Below the pieces are notes generated by a model. That model was not told where the DNA came from. It saw nothing but the letters and a program-made list of their open reading frames with translations, and searched no databases. 52,457 bases of DNA from Methanomassiliicoccales archaeon (GTDB lineage Archaea; Thermoplasmatota; Thermoplasmata; SG8-5; JAGLSY01), in the NCBI GenBank assembly GCA_030672365.1, contig DAOVGM010000046.1, positions 1 through 52,457 on the forward strand, given 5' to 3'. This document shows, in pieces, positions 9,613 through 17,020 of the stretch. The position numbers were made by a program, and so were the translations under genes. Numbering within the stretch: position 1 is the first letter of the stretch; each line of letters starts with the position of its first letter.

Positions 9613-9666
9613 GACAAACCACTGGCAAACATAACCAATAAAAGAACTTTTTCATCGACCCGGAGC

Positions 9667-10362
9667 TCAGACTATCTCGAATCCGTCCTTATCGAATATC
9701 AGCGGGTAATAACCGCGCTTGTGATTGGTCTGGCGCATCTTGACGATGCTGAGGAAAAGGTTGACACTCTTTCCGCTCCTGTGCATATCCAGGTGCATGA
9801 TCCCGTCTGCCAGAAAATCCTCTCCGTACTTGCAGAACTCGTCGGAGCCTTGGGTCATCTCGGTGATGACAAACGTGGTCACATCCAGGTCTTTGAGCCA
9901 TTCGAAGAGGAAAAATAATTCCTCTCTTGGATTGGTGAACTTCGCCATGACCTCCAGAGCTGCCAGGGAATCTATGACCAGCAGGTTCATGTTCATGTTA
10001 TTATTGAGGTTATCGAGGTACATCCTGAGGGTTTCCATCCAGGTTTGGTTGCTCAGCTGGGTGAGTTTTTTCCTTATCATCCCCATGTCCAGAATGCTGA
10101 GCTCCTTTCCCATAAGGGACTGGATATCGCTCATTCCAAGACTTTCCATGTTCGCGGTCAGGCTTTTTCGACCCTGCTCCAAGGTCACAAAGACCCCGTT
10201 CAGGTCCTTCTGGCAGGCATTTTGGTACAATATATTGAAAGCGAAGGAAGATTTCATCGTGCCGGGTTTTCCGGCCACCATAACCATGCTTCCCGCTGGA
10301 ATACCGCCCTGCATCTCCTTGTCCAGACCCTTTACGTAGGTCTTGATCCTCTTGACTTTCAT
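9667..10362 (-). CDS. KaiC-like / RecA-superfamily single-domain ATPase (COG0467-like), deviant Walker A
   Basis: GLDKEMQGGIPAGSMVMVAGKPGTMKSS carries Walker A with Met where the GK[ST] Gly is expected. LLVIDSLAAL is the Walker B. I prefer ATG 10362 (MKVKRIKTYVKGLD, parallel to the paralog at 26010) over track GTG 10395. Confidence 0.8.
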   Translation of the reverse strand: MKVKRIKTYVKGLDKEMQGGIPAGSMVMVAGKPGTMKSSFAFNILYQNACQKDLNGVFVTLEQGRKSLTANMESLGMSDIQSLMGKELSILDMGMIRKKLTQLSNQTWMETLRMYLDNLNNNMNMNLLVIDSLAALEVMAKFTNPREELFFLFEWLKDLDVTTFVITEMTQGSDEFCKYGEDFLADGIMHLDMHRSGKSVNLFLSIVKMRQTNHKRGYYPLIFDKDGFEIV

Positions 10363-10514
10363 AACACTCACACAAGGTTCATTCCCTGAGTTCACTAAGA
10401 CAATAAAAGACTATCGGTATGCGAGATATTCTTCTATTTCCTTCTCCATTACCCATCCTGCCCCCGGGTCTTAATATCATTTTCGATGGAAATCCCGGAA
10501 GTGCCCAACAAAAC

Positions 10515-11639
10515 TCAACTCTTCACCAGTTCCTTCACGTCGTCGACCAAATCCTTCGAGCCGGCCCTCGTCAAAACATCAATTGCCTTGTGGATCATGT
10601 CGACTGCCAGGTCCACCCTGCCCATCTTCAAATAGACCTGGGCCAGTTCGTACCTGAAGACCCCGAGGTCATACGGAACACCGAGATGCTCCATCCTGCG
10701 CTCCGCCTTCACGAGCCATTCCATTCCATTATCTGTCCTCCCGTGGGCGTCCTCGAGCAGTCCCCTGACGAACCACGTGCAGGCCACTGCGTACTTGTCC
10801 TCTGAATCCTTCAGAACTTCCCGGGCTTTCGCGAACTCCTCCTCCGCGACGTCCAGCTCCCCCTTGCGGGCATGGCATTCGGCCAGGTTCGTGTAGAGGT
10901 ATCCGAGGCGCTTCACGTCCTTGCCGACAACGGACACGCCTTCTTCATAGGTCTCGATGGCCTTGTCGAAATCGTGCATTCGTTTGTACACTTCCCCCTG
11001 ATTATTCAGCGCCCTGGCCATGTCTGATGTGTTTCCCGCGTTCCTGTAAGTTTCGACAGACAGCTTCGCGGCCTTCAAAGCCTCATCGAATTCACCACGT
11101 TCAAACCATGCCGATGAAATTATACTGGCGGCACCGCCGGCCAACACGTACTCTTCGTTCTCCAGGCCTATTCCCAGAACCTTCCCGGCGGTTTCGATGG
11201 CCTTCCTGTTCTCACCGCTTCTCCAGAAGATGTTGGCCTTTCCGGCCAGGACATAACCGTACTGCACCCGGTTTTTAAAATTCTTGACGATGGCCTCGGC
11301 CTCGTCGAACATCACCATCGCCTTTTCTCGCTTGCCCATCTTGTTGAAGACGAAACCCGCGCGTGTCAAACCGGTAGCCAGCGTCTCGTGGTCGTTGATG
11401 GCTCGCGCACCGTCTATCACCTGGTTAATGTACATCAGGTTGTCGAAGAGCCTGCCCTGATTCTTCAGAACGTCGGTCATGGTCACGAGCAGTTCCAGAC
11501 GGTCCTTAACCTCCCGCTCGTCCAGTGTCTTACTTTCGCTGTCCTTCAACGCGGCCAGGCAGATGTCATGGGCATTGTCGTAATCCTTCGCGTCCAGGGC
11601 CTCCTTGGCCAAATTTATCTCGGTCTGAATGTCGACCAT
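10515..11639 (-). CDS. TPR repeat protein
   Basis: The 374-aa protein is made almost entirely of TPR-like helical pairs of about 40-aa period (..YVLAGKANIFWRSGENRKAIE.., ..ARALNNQGEVYKRMHDFDKAIETYEEG..). The ATG is at 11639. Confidence 0.8.
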   Translation of the reverse strand: MVDIQTEINLAKEALDAKDYDNAHDICLAALKDSESKTLDEREVKDRLELLVTMTDVLKNQGRLFDNLMYINQVIDGARAINDHETLATGLTRAGFVFNKMGKREKAMVMFDEAEAIVKNFKNRVQYGYVLAGKANIFWRSGENRKAIETAGKVLGIGLENEEYVLAGGAASIISSAWFERGEFDEALKAAKLSVETYRNAGNTSDMARALNNQGEVYKRMHDFDKAIETYEEGVSVVGKDVKRLGYLYTNLAECHARKGELDVAEEEFAKAREVLKDSEDKYAVACTWFVRGLLEDAHGRTDNGMEWLVKAERRMEHLGVPYDLGVFRYELAQVYLKMGRVDLAVDMIHKAIDVLTRAGSKDLVDDVKELVKS

Positions 11640-11674
11640 GGCAACAATATTTGATAGACATATATTATTTAACT

Positions 11675-12208
11675 TTATCCAAAGACCGTCTCCATCACGC
11701 GTTTGTGCACGGCCAGGTCTCCCTCGGAATACAAAACAAAACGAATCAACTTCACGCTCTGAAGCTCCGGAATGGCAGCTTGAATCGTCGAGAAGGCCAC
11801 CTGTGTGGCCTCCTCCTTCGGATAGCCGAACGCACCTGTGGAAATAGAGGGAAACGCGATCGATGAAAGGCCGTTCGAGTCAGCAAGCCGCAAAGCATTC
11901 CGATAGCAGTCGGCCAGCAGTTCTCCCTCCGGTTTATCTCGGCCGTAAATGGGACCGAGGCAATGGATGACGTGCGGGTTCGGCAGGTTGTGGCCCGAAG
12001 TGATGACAGCTTCCCCCGGTTCAATGGGGGCCAGCGGCGCACACTCCTTCTCCAGGCCGGGCCCCGCGGCGCGGTGAATCGCACCGGCGACCCCGCCGCC
12101 CATCCTGAGCATGGCATTGGCTGCATTGACAATCGCATCGATGCCCACCTGGTCCGCGATGTTGCCCTGAATGCAATCGACAACAATACCCGATAACTCG
12201 ACCTCCAT
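11675..12208 (-). CDS. Macrodomain protein (ADP-ribose binding / O-acetyl-ADP-ribose deacetylase-like, YmdB/Af1521 type)
   Basis: GNIADQVGIDAIVNAANAMLRMGGGVAGAIHRAAG and IAFPSISTGAFGYP are canonical macrodomain motifs. Confidence 0.85.
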   Translation of the reverse strand: MEVELSGIVVDCIQGNIADQVGIDAIVNAANAMLRMGGGVAGAIHRAAGPGLEKECAPLAPIEPGEAVITSGHNLPNPHVIHCLGPIYGRDKPEGELLADCYRNALRLADSNGLSSIAFPSISTGAFGYPKEEATQVAFSTIQAAIPELQSVKLIRFVLYSEGDLAVHKRVMETVFG

Positions 12209-12214
12209 GCCAAA

Positions 12215-12979
12215 CTACCTCCTGCGTTGCAGGTTCTGCATCGCCTGCTGATACTGCTGTGCTGTAATCTGTCCGCTCTGATAGGCCACCTGCACCTTCT
12301 CTATCTTCAGCATGTTGTCGACGTCGGCATTGCACCCGGGACAGTAGTCATCGTCATCCGCGACGAACTCGCCGCAGTTCGGGCAGTCGACGCCCTCCAC
12401 TTCCTCGTACTCATCGTCGTCCAGCTCGCGGACACCGGGCCTGTAAGCCGGGGCCTTGGATTTCTTTTTGTGCCTCTCCCTCAAAATCGGGTGGCGGTCG
12501 ATGTGCGCCTCCAGAATTCTCTGCTGAAGCCTGGGTGTCGGGAACTCCCTCTCGCCCTTGACGGCCAGAACGAGCGCAGACAGCGTGCAAACGAAAGTGA
12601 TGAATGTAAGTGTCGGCCAGAGAACGCTGTTGAACAGATTAATGACAGAAACGCCCAGAGCCAGTGCCATGAAAGTCATGATAAGGGGGAAGTTGCGTCG
12701 TGTATGTAGGAGATAGAATATTACCAGGCCGGCAACGAAAATCAGGAGGTTCATCAGGGCGTTCCAGATGAATTCCAGATTCCATTCTTGTGACAAACCG
12801 TGCCAATCGAATGCCCATAAAATCGCGTCTATGAAGATGAATAAAAAGAAAATCGACGTGACGATTATAAGGTACATGCCAGCATACTGGAAATTGCTCC
12901 TATCCTCTCGTTGCAGAAACCAATCTTCCGAACTATCCTCGGTCATTTTTACCACAAATCTGTAAGTTCCCCACGGCAT
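12215..12979 (-). CDS. Membrane protein with cytoplasmic zinc ribbon and SHOCT-like C-terminus
   Basis: The first ~150 aa contain several hydrophobic helices. CPNCGEFVADDDDYCPGCN is a zinc ribbon. The tail LKIEKVQVAYQSGQITAQQYQQAMQNL resembles the SHOCT short C-terminal domain. The stop lies 6 nt from the macrodomain start. Confidence 0.6.
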   Translation of the reverse strand: MPWGTYRFVVKMTEDSSEDWFLQREDRSNFQYAGMYLIIVTSIFFLFIFIDAILWAFDWHGLSQEWNLEFIWNALMNLLIFVAGLVIFYLLHTRRNFPLIMTFMALALGVSVINLFNSVLWPTLTFITFVCTLSALVLAVKGEREFPTPRLQQRILEAHIDRHPILRERHKKKSKAPAYRPGVRELDDDEYEEVEGVDCPNCGEFVADDDDYCPGCNADVDNMLKIEKVQVAYQSGQITAQQYQQAMQNLQRRR

Positions 12980-13039
12980 ATAAGTTTTTCAATCGTTGCT
13001 CAGGATGTTTTATTACTTCGAAATTAATATCTCAACCGC

Positions 13040-14089
13040 ATGCCCAAGCAATTCAAGTGCCAGAACTGCTCCGCAATCGTCCGGTACGACCCGTCCAGCC
13101 ACGGCCTCAAGTGCGAGTACTGCGGCTCGGTGGAAGTCCTGGAAGTGAAGCTGGAAAGGCCGGAGGAGCACGACCTGTTCTCCGCCCCCGCGCATCTCGG
13201 CTGGGACGCCGATGTCAAGATAATGAAATGCGACTCGTGCGGAGCCGCACTGGCCTCGGAGGGTAAGATATCCGGAAAGTGCGCGTTCTGCGGTTCGAAC
13301 TTTGTCAAGGAACAAAAACCGAACCCGGACATAATCCGCCCCGAAAGCACGGTGCCATTCAAGATCGATTTGAACGGAGCAACCCAGAGATTCAAACGCT
13401 GGCTGGGCAAGGGATTTTTTCGTCCCGGGGACCTGAAGAAGATCAGCCGCCTTCAACTTCTTCAAGGCATCTACACGCCCTTCTGGACTTACGATTGCAG
13501 CGCCCACTCGGACTGGTGGGCGATGAGCGGTTATTATTACTACGTCTCGAAGCGGGTCAAGACCAGCCAGGGATGGAGGACCACTCAGGAGCGAAAGGTC
13601 AGGTGGGTGCCGTCGTCGGGCTCGCGAAACGGCGCGTACAACGATGTTCTGATCATCGCGTCGAAAGGTCTGGACGAGGGCATGACAAAGAGCATCTACC
13701 CATTCGAACTGTACGCCCTCGAGGCATACCGCCCCGAATTTCTGAGCGGCTGGCTGGCGGAGGAATATTCCGTCACCCTTCCCAAAGGTTGGCTCAAGGC
13801 CAGACGCCACGTCGAGAGCCGGGAATACCAGCAGTGCAAGTTCGTGGTTCCGGGAGACACGCACCGCTCTCTGAGTGTTAACACAACGCTCAGCGACGTC
13901 ACCTACAAGCACATGCTCCTGCCAATCTGGGTCGCGGCCTACCAGTACAAAAAGAAAACTTACCACTTCCTCATAAACGGGCAGACCGGCAAGGACAGGG
14001 GCGAGGCCCCTATATCCTGGCTGAAGGTCGCGGCTGTCGCGCTGGCCATCGCCGCATCGGTCATTGCCGTCTACTTCTTCGCGCGTTGA
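13040..14089 (+). CDS. Double zinc-ribbon protein with C-terminal transmembrane anchor (function unknown)
   Basis: CQNC..CEYC and CDSC..CAFC form two ribbons. The C-terminal TM is LKVAAVALAIAASVIAVYFF. The ATG is at 13040. The opposite-strand 317-aa ORF is judged a shadow. Confidence 0.65.
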   Translation: MPKQFKCQNCSAIVRYDPSSHGLKCEYCGSVEVLEVKLERPEEHDLFSAPAHLGWDADVKIMKCDSCGAALASEGKISGKCAFCGSNFVKEQKPNPDIIRPESTVPFKIDLNGATQRFKRWLGKGFFRPGDLKKISRLQLLQGIYTPFWTYDCSAHSDWWAMSGYYYYVSKRVKTSQGWRTTQERKVRWVPSSGSRNGAYNDVLIIASKGLDEGMTKSIYPFELYALEAYRPEFLSGWLAEEYSVTLPKGWLKARRHVESREYQQCKFVVPGDTHRSLSVNTTLSDVTYKHMLLPIWVAAYQYKKKTYHFLINGQTGKDRGEAPISWLKVAAVALAIAASVIAVYFFAR

Positions 14090-14095
14090 TATCTA

Positions 14096-14320
14096 CTAAT
14101 GCTTGTGGCCAGTAAATACAAATGAGCTTCTTCGCAATCTGATAATCTGGCCGTCGACCTTGCCAATCACATTACCGCACTTGCACTTCGCCTTCCCGTC
14201 CTCGTAGACGGCCAGGTCTTCCGCGATCCGGTCCCTGTGGCATTTGATGAGCTGCCCCTGCCCTATCTTGACATATTTAAAAACCCGCGATTTGCATTTG
14301 GCGCACTTGATGGTCAACAT
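14096..14320 (-). CDS. Small Cys-rich (zinc-finger-like) protein
   Basis: The 74-aa protein has CAKC near the N-terminus and CKC near residue 46. It starts 4 nt downstream of the flavodoxin stop, so it is likely co-transcribed. Confidence 0.5.
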   Translation of the reverse strand: MLTIKCAKCKSRVFKYVKIGQGQLIKCHRDRIAEDLAVYEDGKAKCKCGNVIGKVDGQIIRLRRSSFVFTGHKH

Positions 14321-14324
14321 GAAG

Positions 14325-14801
14325 TTACTTCGTTCCGCAGCCCAGCATCACCAGCTGCGCGAACCTCTCCCCGAACCTGCGGCACGATTCTCGCTCCGGC
14401 CCCTCTGGCTCTCCGATAGACACCGGCCCGTAATGATTTCCCGACGGATCGCCCTGGATGACCATCCCGTGAATCAGCATGGCGTCGTGGATGCCCCTTA
14501 TCGTGGTCTCGAAACCGGAGACGGCGGCAGTCGCGAAAGCGCCCCCTACCTTACCATCCAGCTTGCCGTGGACCGCAACGCTCCTGTCGAACAGATACTT
14601 GAGCTCGCCGCCCATCACGCCGTAATACGTCGGAGAGCCGACGATTATTCCGTCGGCTGCCCTCATGTCCTCGGGGGTAGTGTCCTTCGCGATCTTAATT
14701 TCGACGTGGAGTCCCTCTCCTTCGACGGCCTCGCCGATCATCTTCGCCATCTTTTCAGTGTTGCCGGACTTCGATTGATAGACTATCAGAACCTTGGCCA
14801 T
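14325..14801 (-). CDS. Flavodoxin-like FMN protein (WrbA / NAD(P)H-FMN reductase-like)
   Basis: MAKVLIVYQSKSGNTEKMA ... DGIIVGSPTYYG is the flavodoxin-fold FMN-binding signature. Confidence 0.85.
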   Translation of the reverse strand: MAKVLIVYQSKSGNTEKMAKMIGEAVEGEGLHVEIKIAKDTTPEDMRAADGIIVGSPTYYGVMGGELKYLFDRSVAVHGKLDGKVGGAFATAAVSGFETTIRGIHDAMLIHGMVIQGDPSGNHYGPVSIGEPEGPERESCRRFGERFAQLVMLGCGTK

Positions 14802-14967
14802 TTGTTTCCCTCGTCACGGGCATACGCAGGTCGGTAAATGAACTTTTCTCCTAATTTCAATTGATTTTGAAGCAGTCATCCCCTTAACTTGATTATAATT
14901 CTCCCGAAATTCTTAAAAGCAATGTCCCGATAACCTGAGATATCATAATCCCCAGGGGAGGCATTGT
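14802..14967. promoter_or_regulatory. Divergent intergenic region with TATA-like boxes
   Basis: This AT-rich spacer sits between divergent genes. It contains ttcttaaaagc and gattataattc TATA-like strings. A GGGGAGG Shine-Dalgarno lies 6 nt before ATG 14968. Confidence 0.3.
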
Positions 14968-16221
14968 ATGAGAGACAAATTGGTAATAACTCAGGACCGC
15001 TTGCAGAAGATGAACGACTTTTTGCTCGACCCGGGCAACCCGCTCGTCGGGGACCTGCTGGCCGTCATCGATAAATATGGCGGTGTAAATGATATAAACC
15101 GGAAGGCGGAGGAGGCCGGCAAGCTCGAGAACCTCGTCGCGAAGCTGGATGCCAAAGGCTCAAGTTTTGTCCAAGATTTAGAATGGCTGAGCCAACAGCG
15201 TGAAGCCGGCGCGTTCATCCCGATGGAGGATTATCGCAGAAAAATCCTCGGAGACAACGTAGGCCAGTTCGCATTCGACGATGCCTTCGCGGTAACCCTG
15301 GAAATCTCCGCCTGCCAGTACTTCTCGTTCTTCATGGAGCAGGCCCGCCAGGCAATAGAAAAACAGGAACTGATGCCAGGTCGTTTCATCCGCGTGAGAG
15401 CCATGAAGGAACAGGAGGCGGACCTGGACCTGATGGCGGTACAGGCGGCGATGAAGATAATCGATGCCAGCGTGTGCGAAACACTCGATACAAGAGGTAC
15501 GGACGGCTCTAACATCCATCTCGGAGGCCCTGACACCATTACGGGCTACTTCGGAGGCGTGGGCCAGCCGAACGACCACCCCATCCAGTGGGTTGATGAA
15601 TTCCTGTATTACTACACGAACTACGGCGTCCAGCAGGTGCTGAATGTCAATCCGGGGACTGTGTTCATCGCCTACATGCTGCACAAGCTCGGCGTGAATA
15701 TCGAGTTCAAGATATCGGTCTACATGGGCAACGACAATCCGTACGCGATTTTATGGACACTCATGGCGGCCAGCCTGTTCTCGAGGGACGATGGAACCAC
15801 ACCTCTCATCGGCTTCAACTACGCGAACTCGGTGAACAACAAGACGATAGAGGTTTCGGCCAAAATCAGAAAGGCCTTCGACCTTGAAGATATCGTCAGG
15901 TTCGAGCATCACATCACGGAGACTTACAAATCCATAGTCATCCAGCCGTACGACCGCAGGGAGGAATTGGTCGAAATCGCCCCGAAGGTGAAGAACATAA
16001 GCGCGAAGCACGAGGGCGCAATCCCGGAGATCGACAAAGCCAGGGAGCATCCTTCGGACATATTGGAATATTTCCTGCCGCGGGCGGATGTAGAAGCACA
16101 GGGGCTCATGCCGGCTCTGACCCGCAACTATCTGGACAAGCACGAGGCTCTGAACAGCTCGGCAAAGATGCTGACCGAGAAGGGCGTGAGCGTTATCGCG
16201 GCGAGGAATTTGCACAAGTAA
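14968..16221 (+). CDS. Hypothetical protein (417 aa), no family recognised
   Basis: This is a long ORF with a strong SD (GGGGAGG) and composition like its neighbours. I recognise no motif. Confidence 0.6.
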   Translation: MRDKLVITQDRLQKMNDFLLDPGNPLVGDLLAVIDKYGGVNDINRKAEEAGKLENLVAKLDAKGSSFVQDLEWLSQQREAGAFIPMEDYRRKILGDNVGQFAFDDAFAVTLEISACQYFSFFMEQARQAIEKQELMPGRFIRVRAMKEQEADLDLMAVQAAMKIIDASVCETLDTRGTDGSNIHLGGPDTITGYFGGVGQPNDHPIQWVDEFLYYYTNYGVQQVLNVNPGTVFIAYMLHKLGVNIEFKISVYMGNDNPYAILWTLMAASLFSRDDGTTPLIGFNYANSVNNKTIEVSAKIRKAFDLEDIVRFEHHITETYKSIVIQPYDRREELVEIAPKVKNISAKHEGAIPEIDKAREHPSDILEYFLPRADVEAQGLMPALTRNYLDKHEALNSSAKMLTEKGVSVIAARNLHK

Positions 16222-16243
16222 TGACTGATGGTCCAGATGGCTA

Positions 16244-16395
16244 GTGGGTGGGTTGTTACCCACCACCATGCCAGTATTTGTTTTTTTGCCCGCCCCAACC
16301 ATTGGGTGGGCCCCCCCACCCTTCCGCGTCTGCGCTGGGTGCACCCGCCCCCCTGCACCCTGCTCGACGCGGCCTGGCCTGCTCGGGACGCTTGA
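16244..16395 (+). repeat. C-rich structured intergenic repeat, copy 1 (core two-stem hairpin 16324-16372)
   Basis: The core is CCGCGTC-TGCGCT-GGGTGCA-CCCGCCCCCC-TGCACCC-TGCTC-GACGCGG. The upstream module is CCCGCCCCAACCATTGGGTGGGCCCCCCCACCC. The element is homologous to copies at 47352, 49518 and 52313. Confidence 0.85.
16247..16287 (+). terminator. Hairpin plus T-tract downstream of 14968..16221
   Basis: The hairpin is GGTGGGT-TGTT-ACCCACC (16247-16264), followed by tatttgttttttt ending at 16287. Confidence 0.4.
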
Positions 16396-16420
16396 AAATG
16401 ATTAGGATAAACGCCCGAAT

Positions 16421-16612
16421 CTATTCCTCGATAAATATCCACATCAATAAGCCGATGATGAGAAATGCAATACCGCCCAGTATCATTGTGGACTGCTCGG
16501 AAAAAGTACTGCGGAATTGCGTGGCTACAGCCATGTAAGTTCCCCCAGCCGCACCTATTATTCCGATGAATGCCAGTATCAATCCGAAGTATTTCAAATT
16601 CGCGTTTCTCAT
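16421..16612 (-). CDS. Small membrane protein (63 aa, 2 TM)
   Basis: I prefer ATG 16612 (MRNANLKYFGLILAFIGIIGAAGG...), which has a GGAG upstream. The longer track ORF adds an Arg-rich non-membrane extension that overlaps the upstream gene. Confidence 0.45.
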   Translation of the reverse strand: MRNANLKYFGLILAFIGIIGAAGGTYMAVATQFRSTFSEQSTMILGGIAFLIIGLLMWIFIEE

Positions 16613-16692
16613 TCTTTTCTCCGCTCCTAGTATCGGGATGTTGATTTGAGTATTTAAACAAATCTTGGGAATGCCCAGCGTAGCCAATACAA

Positions 16693-17019
16693 CTATTCCT
16701 CTTCGACAATCTTCTTCTCTTTCTTCTCGAACTTCAGCTTGACCCCGTGGGGCAGAAATATGGCAGCCAGTATGATTATAGCGAAGCAGATGGCGGCGCC
16801 CCATATTATCATGTCCATGACAGGCGGGTAGCTGACGATGCTGATCACGTACCAGAGCATCAGGAACAGCACCAGGAAGATGATGACTGTGATGAGGAGC
16901 GAGAAGGTCTCGTGCCTGTCCTTTTGCCAGTCCTTCTTCGTCCTCGGGAACTTGAGGCCCCAGGCAGCCAGTATTATGAAAAGAATGATCGACAGCAGCA
17001 CCAAAAGGTAGGCGTTCAT
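16693..17019 (-). CDS. Small membrane protein (108 aa, about 3 TM, Lys/Glu tail)
   Basis: Three hydrophobic helices are present. ATG 17019 lies 1 nt after the AAA+ stop codon (17021-17023), so translational coupling is likely. Confidence 0.6.
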   Translation of the reverse strand: MNAYLLVLLSIILFIILAAWGLKFPRTKKDWQKDRHETFSLLITVIIFLVLFLMLWYVISIVSYPPVMDMIIWGAAICFAIIILAAIFLPHGVKLKFEKKEKKIVEEE

Positions 17020-17020
17020 C

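Noticed and set aside
13013-13966. A 317-aa ORF lies on the minus strand, antisense to the Zn-ribbon gene.
   Set aside because: Its Arg/Ala/Gly/Leu-rich low-information translation is typical of a shadow ORF opposite a GC-rich gene. The plus-strand product has clear CxxC ribbons, a TM anchor and a sensible start.
16222-16246. The tgactgatgg string after the stop codon looked superficially like a C/D-box sRNA C box.
   Set aside because: There is no proper RUGAUGA/CUGA box pairing or terminal stem.
16248-16538. ORFs running through the C-rich repeats (16248..16538, 47189..47506, 49479..49673 and 49532..49756) give similar PSASALG.P.PL.PARRG-like peptides.
   Set aside because: The similarity is explained by nucleotide repeat homology. 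Variation occurs as paired stem changes rather than synonymous changes. There are no SD or start signals, and the frames relative to neighbours are inconsistent.
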